Source: Glaucostegus cemiculus (lineage: Eukaryota). From it: a stretch of 64,000 bases of DNA. Shown here piece after piece: positions 25,800 through 39,949 of the stretch. Below the pieces are notes generated by a model. That model had not been told where the DNA came from and made no database searches. It saw nothing but the letters and a program-made list of their open reading frames with translations. The translations under genes were made by a program, and so were the position numbers. Within the stretch, counting starts at the first letter, position 1; the number at the start of each line of letters is the position of its first letter. Location: positions 620,001 through 684,000 of the forward strand of contig CDPCPM010000387.1 of the NCBI GenBank assembly GCA_976551045.1, read 5' to 3'.

Positions 25800-26310
25800 T
25801 TTAGAACATAACAAATAAAAGCAGAAGAGGGCCATGTGTCCTCTGAAGACTTTGCTGTTCAATATCAGTTCCATATTCCCTTCTGATTTCCTTGAATCAC
25901 TTCGTGACCAAAAAGATATTGATCCTATCACAAATAGACATTATAACTATGTATTCACAGACCTGTGATGTGGAGAATTTTAATGATTTACAAGCCGCTG
26001 AGAAATTTCTCCATGTCTCGGTGCTTTATCCCGAGACATCTAAACTCTCCAGGTTGAGGAAGCAATCTTTCAGCATATATCGTGAATCCCATCAGCATCT
26101 TGTAGGTTTGAATGAGGTCACCTTTCATTCACAGTTCATGATTATAAACTACAGGGAGTAAAGGTCTAAATTACTTAGTCTCTCCTCAGAACAACCTGCT
26201 CATCGTAGGAATACTATAATGTACAGTGAAAAGCAAGTATATATTCCTCTGGTACAGAGACACAAACTACATATGGTACTCCGTGAGCAGTCTCATCAAA
26301 ACCCTGTAAT
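25800..26310 (-). mobile_element. CR1 LINE 3' fragment
   Basis: Same family pattern as 9268-10020 (tagaacataac…aaagcagaagagggcc…, gtggagaatt…, gagaaatttctcc…). Confidence 0.65.
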
Positions 26311-28374
26311 TACCCCGGGTTGCACAACCTCTTGAGGCCCCCAATTTTTTTCTTTCTTACAGCAATATATTCAAATTATTTTAAGGACTTTTGTAGAAAG
26401 TTCACAATAGGGAGGTCACATAGAAGCACAAGGATAGGAGGTGCATGGAAATGACATTGCCTTAACCTTGCAGTCTGCATAATCATATTGGTAAATGGAA
26501 AGAAATGACAGACTGGTGCATAGTAGGTTGTTCTTCCTTGATTGAACTTGATCAACACTGTTAATGTGTAATAAAGAAAATTTATTCTGAATTTGGCCTT
26601 GCTGTCCTCTGAGAAAGGAATGCCTAATAGTTACATTTCTCTTTGAAATAGATATCTTCCCATTCTGAGCATAACATTCTTTCACCTTGAAACAAAGAGA
26701 AAAACTGTTAATGTTGGAAATCTGGAATAAAATCAATAAATAATAAAAATACACAGAAGTTTAGAATCTAAGGAGCTAATGCTTTTGCGCATGAGTCATT
26801 AGAAAATGAAATGTGCAGCAGCTATTTTTCAGTGCTACAGGATCTGAAATCAACTTTACCTTGTACTTGTTATCATTTCCAGATGACAGTTGTCCCTCTA
26901 ACCTATTTTGGTCATTCCTTGCTATACCACTCTCTGATTTAGTGCTGTGGGATGTCAAACACAATAACATAAGTAGTCATCATTATCTTCCTTCTCTACT
27001 TCCTCCATTGTTCCCTTGAATTCCTCCATCTGCTGCATTTCCTCCTGCTCTGTATTCTGCTGTTGGGGTGAGGGAAAAACAGAAGATGGGAGAAGGAGGC
27101 GGTTCTTCTCATACACTGCAAAGACAAAACAGAAGCTGTGCCCAAAACAATTTTCTGGTTATCCAGCAGCACACGTTCTAATGATGATGTATACTATTGA
27201 TCAATACAAACGGAATACAGTAATCACAATCAAATATTGTTAGTGATATGTGCTGAATTTCATAAAGCCCCCCATTCAAGCAGTGGTGTGCAGCCTGGTG
27301 AGGCACTGCACTTGAGGGCACCTCTTCCTTCCTTCCTGTCCATCACTGCTTTAGCCCAAGTGCAGATGAGGGACCTTTAATTGCTTAAACCCTGTGTGTA
27401 TGTGGGGGTGGGGGGGGATGGAGAGGAGGGTAGTGGGGGAAGATCGAGAGAGAAGATTGCCATTGCTGCTGTGAGGGTGGAAGATGGTGTAGGAGAGGGT
27501 GGATATGTGGATTCAGTGAGAGTTTTTACATTTGTGTGTCCATGTGTGTATTTCTTTTAATGGTATTATGCTCCCCTTGATGTATATTGTAAGGTCATGA
27601 AATTTCTTCCCACACTGCTCCTTTGAGCAGGAATCGTCACACCTGGAGGTGACAATGCAGACCACCTCCTGCAAGACTAATGGTGGTCCTGGGGGCAGGT
27701 CTCCTGGCCTCCTAAATGCATAAGACTTCATGACTGACATGTATTTCAGTTATGATTACTGCCTCTCCCCTGCTGCCTCTCTCTTCTCTGGAAGCTTTTT
27801 AGCCTATGTTATTGCTTCCCTGCTGCCATGGAGATTGTGCTCTTCTTCATTTGCTGTACAGCAGTGTGTCAGGAGCTCTGCTGAACTTAACCTTGTCTCT
27901 GTCAAGTGCAAGCCGTATCTTTGTGTGTATAGTGTAATCACACACTCGTTTATAATTAATTTCAAGTTTTTTTGAGGCAGACCCAATTTGGCACCAGTAT
28001 TCAATGCAGTGATGTTTAATATGGCAAAAATAGGTGCAAACCAATTTCTGAACAATTTCTAAGTATGAAATTTCAGAATTTTTGGTTTGCTTTCCTGAAA
28101 TTTTCTTTTTTAGCTTCACAAAACAATAAGTTACTGGGGGGTTACCGTGGTGAGATACGGTGGAAACTTTGATCATATTTTAATCCCATTTAATTCTGTA
28201 AGGCGCCTCCATACTCGAATGTGGAGTTATTGAATAAATGTTTTCGTTCATACTTAGTGCAGTTCTTGGGATATCTGGACTCAAGATACAATATTAAGAC
28301 TGAAGTATCATGGTCAAGTAATCCTACTGAAGATTATCCATCAAATTTATATTTCTCCATTTTGTATTTTACAG

Positions 28375-28511
28375 CATATGTGCAGCTGAAGTTTGCATAC
28401 GTGATGGACAAGGCATTTTATGCCATGGTAAACAGCAAGTGCAGTGACAGCAGAAAAAAGATTCGTTACATTTTGGGAGTCCGGGACAAACCTGAAGATG
28501 CTCCTAAGTAG
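28375..28511 (+). CDS. Putative alternative terminal exon C: C-terminal helices of the BEN domain and stop codon
   Basis: Acceptor tttctccattttgtattttacAG|ca at 28373-28374; phase 1 matches the 24801 donor. Gives AYVQLKFAYVMDKAFYAMVNSKCSDSRKKIRYILGVRDKPEDAPK* with TAG at 28509-28511. (V/I)NSKC..SR is the typical BEN terminal helix (compare BANP IDSKCRTAWR). Confidence 0.85.
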
Positions 28512-28864
28512 CAGGAGTTTTGTGTGGGTTTCACAGTGGAAATCGTGGGGCTAACATTGAAGAAGGAGAGAAGATGGGAGCTGGGGTTAATGGGTGTTGG
28601 CATTTACCAATGAAGGAGGAAATTTTTGTTTTGTCTACATCAATAATGTCAAACAACCCCAAATCAATTGATCCTACCAAGAAAGGACAACCTGAAGATT
28701 CAATCCATTTCAGTTTTTTTCCATCATAATAGAATTGGCTTTAAATTAATTTGCTAATCCCTTTGTCCTGATACCCATCACCATTGCAAAGCAGTGTATA
28801 TTTATTTAATTTATTCTTTCAGTACACGTACTACAAAAAACAGCTGACAGCATTGCTACTACAA

Positions 28865-28870
28865 AATAAA
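28865..28870 (+). terminator. Candidate poly(A) signal of the BEN isoform
   Basis: First AATAAA after the TAG at 28511; a TGTA element lies upstream (~28795) and a T/GT-rich tract (tttgttctttatttgtg) about 12-30 nt downstream. Confidence 0.55.
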
Positions 28871-30239
28871 GTGTACAGAAATTTGTTCTTTATTTGTGCA
28901 ATTTGACTCATATTGGGTGATAAAATTACTTCTGAGGAAGAAAGCCTCATTCAAAGAGATGTTACACAAATGGCTAGTAACTAGAAATGACAATGACATT
29001 ACTGGCAGCAAGTTTGTGATTCCAACCAGAATTATTTTTTTCCCATTTCAGTTGTAGCTGTTCTGGCCAAATACTGACTTAGTAACTGATTACTTGAGAG
29101 TTAGGTATGTGGTAAATTAGAAGCTTATTTTATCCTTCAGAGCATTCAGATTGTCTCGGCCTTTGCGTCCATCCCCAGCAATTGTTAGGTGTGGCATATT
29201 AGCAGTAAATGAAAAAGCACAATAGGGACACATTTGATTTTTATAGCTTGCTGCTGGATATACTTCTTATTGATTGCACTTAAGCAAAAGCCGAGAAACG
29301 TGGTCACTGAAGTGAGCAGGATTTGTTCATTGTGCATCATTAATGCATTTAAATTTGCTGGCTTTTGGCAGAGCATTTGATTTCTGCTGGCAGAAAGTGT
29401 TGCTGCTGCAAACCAAGTGGTAATTCAACACACTAACCTCCTAAATATTGAATGTATCTTAAGATAAAATGGAAATTTTACTGATGACACTAATTTTTTG
29501 TAGTGTGTTTATACATTTGTTCATTTTGTAGCAGCTTAGTTTGCATTTCTAAGTCTCCATGTGTTGGAACGGACATGTGAATTTGAACAACACATACCTG
29601 GTTGTGGATGGTTAAAATTGTAGAATTCAACTTTCCATTGTGAGTGGCCATTCTTCCTCTAGTTAGTCATCTATAAAAAAATAGAAACTCACTAATGTAA
29701 GGAAGGTCAAAAAGTTCATTAGAAACGTGAAGAGGAACTGATACGTAACAAAAATAAAGTCGGTTTCTTTCTGTATTTGAGGATGGCAACCAGTTTTTAT
29801 TTGTTGTGGTAATTAGATTAAAGGTTGATGTACAGAGGATTAATTTTATTTGTATTTGCTCAAATAGGTGAATCAAAATATACGAGGTGTACAGTTTTAG
29901 ATCTACATTCTATTGAGGTAAAATAACAACTTTTGGTTAAAGAAGTAATCTAATTTCAACTCCATACATAACCATGGTTAGAGTAGAAATAAAGATCTTT
30001 AAATACATATCAGGGCACTGCTTTGAAGAGAAAATAAAAAAGTTAATGTTTCTGAGAGGAAACATATATTCTGAGTGGGAAATTCTCCATAAAATTGTTG
30101 TTGTCTTCTACAGGATATGGAATTATGTTATTTTATACGTTCAAAATAATATGAATAATTACAAAGGTGGTCATTATCTATGACTTGATTTACTTTCATG
30201 CACACTGCTAGGTAAATGTGATTTATTCTGAACTTGTTT

Positions 30240-31185
30240 GCATAGGAACAGAAGAAAAACTATTTAGGCCCTTAAAGCTGTTGAACCATTCAAGCAGTTA
30301 TGGGTGATCTGTGATCTTGTAATAACTATGGATTTTTATCCTACACTATGAATAGCAAAATTCTGTCACTCTTATATTTCAGGTTAGTACATGACTAGGC
30401 ATCATGTATAATTTTGAGAAGCAAGTTCCAAATTTCTGGTGTGTTTAGGATGTATTTTTGAACTTCAGAACAATCTGTTTTTTTATATTTTACACCATAA
30501 TTCAGAGTACTAGATAGCTTAACTCCCAGAAACCATTTCTCTCAATGTTCCATATTGGTTCCCGTTAAAGTCGATAAGAAGGGAAATCAGATCCCTCTTG
30601 AAGTCTAAATTCCAAGATTTTCAACTATGTCTATGACTTCAAATTTTAGCATTAGAATCCAGCCATCTTTCTGGGAAGTCTGCATTGTACTCCGTCCAAG
30701 CCAGTGTGCTTTTGTAATGTCCAGATTTGAATACATTACTCTAACCAGGGCTGTGTATAGGTATAATGGGGTTTCTACTCTGTTGCATTTTGATTCTCAG
30801 TCAGTTCTACAAAATTTAGTCAGCTTTTCCAGTTATTTTCTGAACGTGTTCATGATATTGCACTGATTTCAGTATAAAGATCCCCAAATCTCTTTGGACG
30901 ACCACTGTCTTGAGTTTTTCACTATTTATTAAGTATATTGGTTATCCTATGTAGGATCTAACTGTTTGTTGCCTCTTGAATCAGCAAGGTTGGATGTGTG
31001 GATTCCTATGCCTTCATCTAGGCCTTTAATGAATATGGCAAATAGTTGAGGCCCCAACATGTATCCCTGTGGACATAATCATATCCTGCCAATTTAAGCA
31101 TTTGTCCACTATCCATCCACTCTGTCTCATGCTGCTTGGCCAATTAGCAAACCAAATCAATAATCTGCCTTCAGTTCATGGGCTT
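30240..31185 (-). mobile_element. CR1 LINE 3' fragment
   Basis: cataggaacagaag…tttaggccc…gaaccattcaa…tgggtgatctg; internal gaggccccaacatgtatccctgtggaca is the reverse complement of the VPQG..LGP motif. Confidence 0.65.
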
Positions 31186-31893
31186 ATCAAAGAAAATAAA
31201 ACCATGTTCATGATCATTTCTGTTTGATCCTTAATTAGAATAATTGAATCTGAAATACAACAATCCATAATGTTCAGCAAGTATAACCAGTAACCTAACT
31301 CCGTGTTTAGTGCCCTACTTCTGTTGCTTTAAGTAATCTGAATCAGCAATGTGCTGAAGTGAATTCAATTGGTTTAATTTCTCTAGGTTAAAGAGGGAAA
31401 AATTGTCTAGGGATTCTTCACTTTATTGTCATCCAGTAGCTCATCCTAGAAGAATGTATGTAGAAAATGCCTCAAATTTGAATAATGGCCTTTAATAAAA
31501 TATGAGTACGAATGATGGAATATCCCCTGCAAGTTATTGGTGTCTACAGGTAAGTACAGGAGAAAATGGTGACAAAAGATCAGCTCAACAAAAATCATAG
31601 CTGTAAAAGAGATGCCTTTCACAGTGACACCGGAAAGGTAGAGCAGATTGAGAAAAATGATAAAAGAGATTAAAATATTGCTGTTAGTCAGAACGAGAAT
31701 CAAAACTAGAATGTATTTCTTTTCTGTTATCCAATGGCGTGTTGCAAATAATATTTTTTTAAAGCCAGGTGTGGCTTAAGAATGTCAAAAATACTGTGCT
31801 TTGAATGTTACATTTTAATTTTTGAGAAAATATAGATGATACATTCTGTTTTAATGCTTGAAATTGTTGTGAATTCATTCACTTTTGTTAAAT

Positions 31894-31950
31894 ATGTGCG
31901 TGTGTGTGATATATTTATGTGTGTGTATGTATATATTTATACACACACAC
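31894..31950. repeat. Mixed (TG)/(TA)/(CA) microsatellite
   Basis: Read directly: tgtgcgtgtgtgtgatatatttatgtgtgtgtatgtatatatttatacacacacac. Confidence 0.8.
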
Positions 31951-34900
31951 TGAGATAGTAAGGGTCTAAATTTAGCTTAGTTTAATCAGACATCTCAAAT
32001 GAGCTTGTGTTCCAGTTCCATTTAATGGGACAGGACCACAGGAATAATAATTTCATTAAGATTAATTTTCTGGACAAAAGTTTGTAAATGATAGGGATTC
32101 TCTTTTACATTTTTCCCACTCTGTACAATGGTAGTTTGCATGGAATACCTCCACTCTTGGTTTCCAAGTCCTCCTAAAGATTCAGTAAAGCTCTTTTTAA
32201 AATTTCTACCTAATATCCCTCCAGATGTTAATGAATTTTCTTTCTGGTTCTTGGAATTACTTTTGTCTCAAGAGTGACCATTATGGCTCCAGGTTCCAAA
32301 GAAGTGTTAAAAGCATTTGCTAGATGTTTCTATGAAGTGGAATCTAGTTTAATTGCAGGACTGGAAAAAAGTGGACTATTTTCAGCATAGTCAGGAAGAA
32401 ATTAGCTTTTGTTGTGTACCTTTATGGCTGTTTGTATGTCTTTCAGTTATTAACATACTGACAGGCAAACCGTCTATATGTGACAACTCCAATATTATTA
32501 ACTGTCAAAGACCTTTTGATTTTTCAGAAGATATTATGTTATGTTCACATTTTAGAGAAAGTCAAAAATTGTTTTTCTATCATTGCTCATGGAGGGGAGC
32601 AATGTCCGTGTTAGAAAGAAGGAATTCATTTGCATGCAGTGTCACCAGAGGTCATGTAAGAAAAGAATAGAACAAACCAGATATAGGGTAAAGCACACTA
32701 TATTAGACAAGAAATTTGTCCTATAAACAGTACTACATGTTTTGAAACTCAAATCAATAAATTCTGCTCTAGGAGTATGATAACACAGTTTCCTGAACTA
32801 CAAGTTTACTTCATGGCTCAAAGTAACTTTGTATGCAAAAAATAATTGGATTTTTCAGGTAATCTGGATTAAACTACTATAAAAATGTTTCATTGAGATT
32901 GTTGGCTGATGGCAAATTATGGGCCTCATATTCTCAGTCATTAGATTCTGATTGATGCTGGCTTTACTTGTTTTATTTAGTGCACTTGTGCCCAACACAG
33001 ATTTTTATCTCATTGGCCTGGACTAAATTCAGTCCTGTGTATGACGTGAAATAGTAGTACTATAACCAACTGCAATAAAAAGTGCTACATTTGAACTAAA
33101 TTGCATTTATTGCTCTATATTCAAATGCCACTACCTGTTGAATACTTCATCTGTGACTATAGAATACATTTTTATGTTGCTATATTTCAATATGGGAGGG
33201 CTGCTTCTGTATGAATTATAGTCTATATTGAGGAAAATTTATAACAGTTAAAAGGCCTATGCAAGTTGAAGTTCTGAAATAAGAACAGAAAGTGCTAGAG
33301 ATTATAGTAGCTCAATCAGCATCTGAGAAGTGAAAAACATATCTTCCGAGGAATATGTTAGAACCCTTTTGATGAAGTTCTCCGTCTGAAACATTGATTG
33401 ATATTTCTCTTATGTATTGATTGATTTTTATTTTTTTAAATCTTCAGTTTTTATGATAAATGTAAAGTACTTTTCCTGGTTTCCTGCAAAGTGATTCAGT
33501 CACACAAGTGTAGAGTTTAATCTGCCTTATTCTTAGAAATTGTCATTTGTCAATACGAGAATTAACCAGGACAATAACTTACTCTCACTCTATAGAATTT
33601 CTGGTAGTGAGATATTCAAGCCACGGTAACTTAAGAAAAGTTCCTGAAGAAATCATTAGTTAAGTAGTTTACATGTTGCAACTGATAATGATTTTAGCCA
33701 CAGTAACACCGAACTCGTAACAAATTCAGTGAACAATATCAAATTGTTGGTACATTAGTTCAGTATAAGAATTTCAGCTTTTATTTTAAAATCTGCCATT
33801 TACTTTTAGATTTACACAAAATGGAGAACATTGTGACATTTTGATATGATCTGCAGTGTTTTATATGTAAAATTATTGTGATAAATCCATTAAAGGGAAT
33901 TATTTATATTATGACATCAAGCACCCCGATACAGCCCATAATATCTCCATTGAATCATCTGTTTTTCTCTTAAATGATAGTCAGTGAGTTTTCAGCATTT
34001 TGTCTGGCAGTACATTCTTGATGCCCCCCCCCCCAGTAAACTTTATTCCCCAGCCACTAACTCCATAGTCTCTCCCTGACCAGGACTGAATCAGTTTTTG
34101 TTGCCTCTGGACACACCTAATTCAAACCAGTCTTGGCTGGCATCTCACCTAGTCCTTTATCTTTTGTAAGTGAACTCATTCAAGCCAAGTTAGGGAGAGG
34201 CCTGCTCCCATTTCTGCATCAATAATACTCTTTGGCAGGAGATAATGGAGAACAGTTGTTTGGGTTATCCTTCCTGCAAATTTCCTCCCCCACCTGACAT
34301 CTGGATTCCATTTGAAAGTCAAGGATAAAATTTGAGTCACATGGAGAATCAAATAAGTATCCTGCACTGCATTATTTTAACCCCATAATATTACTATAAA
34401 TTTGGAATACTTCCTTAAGAGTTCCCTGCTGAAATGTGTTGCTGCTACTTTGAAAATGTTGTAAATTATTTGTTAAAGTTGCTGGAGAATTGAGTTTTTT
34501 AGTTTACATTTTGGGAAAACACTGAAGCAATAATGAAGCTAGAGTACAAATGAGCTGGAAATGGCTTATTTTGAATTCTGAAAGAATGGTATCATTAAGC
34601 CATATCCCAGTTTACAAAGCTAAATCCAGTGCCGTTATCCTACAATCTGAACAGGATAAAATCAGCTTCGGATTATGGTGACTGCATACCTCCTATTTAA
34701 AGCAGAAGTCAGTGAAGAATTGTTAGATATAAAGCTAGTCTGACTTCATTATTTGTCTTCCTAAAAATCTTTGCGAATCTAACTGAAGTGTCCCTTTTGT
34801 AGTGTACTGTAAACTTTTAACTTTCACTATTCCATTGAAGGACATAGACCTGAAACGATAATTCTGCTTCCCCCTCCAATGCACTTTGACCTGCTGAGTA

Positions 34901-36654
34901 CTTACAGCATTTTACTTTTTATTTCTTGATCTTATGCTTGTTCTGCCCTCACCTCTTTGTTTGGGTCAGTCCAATAAAAAGTCCATTTTTTTGCCTTACC
35001 TTACCAGTCCTAATAAACTATTTTTTTGGTTTTTTAGCAATGATTGATTTGTGTATTTTGGTGTTTTTTTTATTGATCTCATTTATAGGTTCGTTGGAAT
35101 ATATTGATGTACCTCTGAACTAGTATTTAATGAATCAACTTATGTGTGTAGCAGTTGTTGTCTACAGCATGACAGTTAAGCAAAGTCCTTTGAGGACTTT
35201 ACAAAAATAGAGATGGAGTGCAAGCTAATGAAATTTTAGAAGGTGGAGAGAGTTGAAGAGAGAAAGACCAATAGTATTATAAAAGAGATAGATTTTGGGC
35301 ATTTTTTTAAAAGCTGAGTGGTATTATTCAGCGATTGTACTGTCTCTAAGGGAGTACTCTACTATGTTGTCCATTAATAGTTAATGGAACTTTATCACCA
35401 GAAAAGATGCTACCACATTCTCCTTATCAGTAAAGTATATATGAGACCTGTGACTCTTGTTAAATATGAAAATCATTCCGTTTTGTAAATCAGTAATTTA
35501 TTGGGATGTAGACATCAATGAGATGAAATGATGAAGATTGACTCTTGAAAACTGGATAACCTGTGGAATTTGTACTTTGTTAACTACAAGAAATTATTTT
35601 TCTGATATTTCAGTTACAGTCAAATTCCTGTAAAAGATTAGATTAAGTCTTTGAGAGAATTTTCTAAATTAATAATGTTCTGGAACTATTCTACAAAATA
35701 ATACTGTTATTACTGTATCTTTGCTTAACTGTCATGACTTAGCTCTACTGAGGCTATCCTAACCACCTTCCTTATCCTTTCTAAAATAGGTGACAATTTG
35801 CTTCCATTTCTTTTACCAGAATCTAATGTGTTTTCATTAAAGTGTTAAGATGAGGATTGGAAATGTTAGGTGAGTACAGGAAAAGCGAAATACAAATTGA
35901 ATGAATAGCATTTGTAAAATTTTCCTCAGCTTGTTGAGAACTCTCAATGTCTGGTCTAGAAAATGGCTTAACCAATAGCTTAAGACTCACTGCACTGATG
36001 TTTTACATTTGTGATCAGCGATTTCCAAAGCAAAACCAATTCTCTAGATTATATCCTTGACATGTCACATATAAAAGACAAATCAAACATTCAAGATCAT
36101 TATCATTTCCATGGAGATAAATAAACATATCTCCATTTGTTTTCATTGCTGTTTACTGTGCTTTGTACATATGTCGTAGGTTTATGATTTTATTCTTTCT
36201 CAGCATATTTGCGTTTTATTGTTACACTGGTGATAAATTAAAATGAATATTTAAAAATGAAGATGTACTTGTTTTTAATTCTTTCACTTCTTACTTTAGA
36301 ATTTTTTCCCCACAGTGTATCCTCCCATTACTCATACATGAGTCTTGGAATTGTGATCCAGTTGTGGGGTAGGGGGGAATGTAATGGAAGTTCTGAATAG
36401 TTTTGCTTTATTGTATGTTTTTGGAAGAATAGAAAACTGTGAAGATTACAATTGCTAATAAGAAAATGAAGAATTAAAGGAAAAGGTAAGCAAATTTTAA
36501 AATTCGCTGCAATGAGTGAATGGTTGTGAATGTGTATAGGAAATACTGTTGACTCTGCTTCAGATTCTGTCATATACTTAAGTAGTTTATAAATATCATT
36601 TGAATCATGTAAATTATTGCTGAACCTTGAGTGTCATTTGTGAAAATTGTGCAT

Positions 36655-37010
36655 TCAATTTCCATTCCATCGATTTGAGCACAAAAATGTAAGATGACAA
36701 TCCAATGCAGTGTTATGGAAGTACTGTACTACCCTGGTACTCTTGAACAAGATGCTGAATTGGGGCCCTATCTGCACTCTCATTTGCATGTAAATGATCC
36801 CAGATGTTACTTGATCAATATTTATCCCTCAATCAACATTACTACAGAAAACCAGAATAATTTGTCATCATAAAATTTCTGTTGATCAAAGCATGCTGCG
36901 TGCAATTTGACTTCCTTTTTTACATTACAGAAGTGGCTTTGCTTTATAAAGCGTATCATTGGCCATGAAGTGCTTTGGAAGTTCTGGTGCTAATCAAGTC
37001 TTTCTTCAAG
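36655..37010 (+). mobile_element. Deu-domain SINE (SacSINE1-like)
   Basis: tttgagcacaaaa…gacaatccaatgcagtg…gtaaatgatccca…caatatttatccctcaatcaacat…tgctgcgtgcaatttg…cattggccatgaagtgctttgga. Confidence 0.7.
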
Positions 37011-39949
37011 TTTTAGCCCAGTTCGCCGATATTTGAACATTTCAGCAAAAAAGGGCATTAAAGGCAAAGTAATGTTCCATTGTTTGGAAGGCTGAGAAAT
37101 TGACCATAATATCACACATTTCGCTAGGGTTGTCAATATAGTTTTTTTTTGTAGTTTCAACATTTTAGTTAAAGTTGTTACAAATCAAAATTCGTGTTCT
37201 AAATAATTGCTTAGTATGTACATAATTTCACACACCAATATGGCAATAACACTGACAAACAAAATCTAAATGTTGGGTGACTGAAATTTTCAATTCATGG
37301 CGATGCAGATTGCAGTTCTTTGTTCTTTAAAGGACATTTGATTGTGGGTAACTAATTTTATGCAGCACCTGAATTTGCCTATTCTGGTTTTATTTCCTGG
37401 TGATTATGTAATGGAGGATGTAAGTGCTTCCCTCTAATATGAACCCCTGTAGTTTTTGGTAACACATGTTGTGGAAGTGATTGGAATGCTGATGTTTATG
37501 CCTAAATTTGAGGTGTGATATTTCAAAATTGTATCTGAAAGCTAAAGTTAACTTTCTGAATGGCCTTTTATTGCACAAATAGTGACAAGACATGTGACAT
37601 GACCCTATTGTAGTTGTGGTATTTTAATGCCACTGAATGTTTGAATTAGAGAATGTAAGTTGATGATGTGGTACTATCATAATTGGTTTACTTGGTTTAA
37701 CTTGTAATACCAACTGTACCATTGCAACATTGTTAATAAGCAGCCTAGGATCATGAGATAACATATTATACAAATCTGGGCTGTCACTTTGTCACCTGTT
37801 TTAAAATCTGTTTTGTCCTTACCACTAAAATATTAATGACTATCTCATTTCAGATAAACTTCTTAATCACACCAGAAGTCGAATGAAAATCTGTAGCTAC
37901 AAAATGAGAGGAAACCCAGCATTGGGACAGCAATCAAACTAGCTCCACATCTTATTAATTAAAAAAACCTATTATTTTATACATGTACTATCTTTGTGCT
38001 AAATCTTCTTTGCCATGTATCCACAATGATCCTCTGTGCATAACAAGTTTGCATTTATAAAGAGCTTTTAACATAATAAAACACCTTAAGGCACTTTATA
38101 GGAATGTAAGTTCGTCAAGAATTGACACAGAGCCAGTCCTGTTCACAGATATGCATTGAAATTTTAAATTGCTGGCTTTTGGAGTACTACACGTGCACAT
38201 GTTAAATGTTATGATGAAAATGTGTGCACCCATGCAAAATTAAACTTTTTTTAAGATGACTTTTGGGGCAGACTGTACTCCTACTTGCTCTACCTTGTGC
38301 ACATCCCTGTTCCAGTCAGTAGAAGCTGGATTTCCTGAAGGAATCATTGATGATTTGTGTAATTTCATTTAGAGTCATGTTCCCCTCAAAGAGCTTACTC
38401 TGAGAAAGTAATCCAGATCTTTCAAGTTTACAATGTTTTGTGCCAATAGTTACTCAGCTCATCTACTCTATGCAGTAGGAGCACATGGCATTCAATTTCT
38501 TTACTCTTTTCAGCAATCCTGATATATCCAGATTATTTGTACATATCTTACCAAAAATTAAAAGATTGTGTTTTGCTGTTATGTTCTTGTATTACTGATA
38601 CATGAGGGAATTATCTACATTTATAAAGCAAAATTAATAAAGTGTTAGAATTGGTGCCTTTCAAAGCTTTCAGAAATATATTGGGATGCAATTTTCATTT
38701 AAAAAATAGGGAAATTAACAGCTATTTTAATTTCATTGCCAGTTATGTGAAATTCGACAGCCACATTTGGCAATCACACATGTATGGTTATCTATAAAAA
38801 TCTTATGTGTTGTCTGAGGTGCATTGCTCTTCCAAAATGCCATACTGCCTTTAGACTTATCATTTAACTATATTTAATGGAATAAAGTTACTGTATTTTA
38901 CTCATGGGTATAGATTAGACTCACCATAAAATTGTTATGGCTTGTGTTTTCCAGCTTAAAATAGTGCTGTAAATTTTAAGTACTGCTAAGCAACCTCTAA
39001 TTTTAGCATTAAGATTGACGTTCACAAGTGGGAACAAATGCTGGAAATGTTCAATGGGTCATGCAACATTTGTGGAGAGAGAAACATTTAATAATTCAAG
39101 TTGATGAGTTTTCATCAGGACTATGAAGTAATATTCCTTCAATTTATAATTATTGTAGTTTTAGTTCTTAAAAAAAGTAATTTTACTTTCTCAGTCTTTT
39201 GTTTTTCTCTCTGAATAAGATCTTTTTTTTTCACTTTCTGTACCTGATATTTGAATTCAGTGGCTGAATCATGTTCACCTGTGGCTAGCAATTCCATAGG
39301 GTCTTCCTTGTTCTGATTTCTATGCTTGTGCATTGAAGTGCAGAACTCCTGGATGAACTGAAGATTAGATGTGCATTTGATCTGCTTTTCCTTTCAGTCC
39401 AGAGGTAAAGCACTTTGAATCAGGCCTGTCAGCTATGGTCCAGTTATGGCTTTTGTAGATAGTGCGAATGGGGTCACCAACCATGTGTAAAAAGTGCCAA
39501 CAAGTGGTTTGTTACTGTTTATCTTATTTTTTAATTAATTTATGAGCCTTTTAAGTGCTTTTTAATTTTATTTTAATTTTATTATCTTGTGCTTTAATTA
39601 TATTTTTATTATAATTTGTATTTTAATTAGTGAAGCCTATATAATCTATTCAAATATCTCTCTAATTACCAAGTGGTATTTTGAAAAATAGTTCAGAGGC
39701 CTTTGACAGCCATGAGCTGGATTTTCCAGAGTTGGGGCTTCAGAATGAGTTGCTTGAAGCTGAGTTGCTGCACAATCACCCTATCTTGATCAGGTTAATG
39801 CAGCAGGTAGATGGCACTGACACCAACATTATGGAATGACCTAGATGCAGTACGATTTGGCCTATTATTTCATTTCACTCTTCCTTCAAATTCTGCATTG
39901 TTCATTAATCATTCTTCAATTTTTTAAAATGTTAAAACACCCCTGTCTG

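Noticed and set aside
28221-28374. 5' part of the 96-aa ORF 28221-28511
   Set aside because: It begins at a non-ATG codon and runs through a polypyrimidine tract and acceptor; only 28375 onward looks coding.
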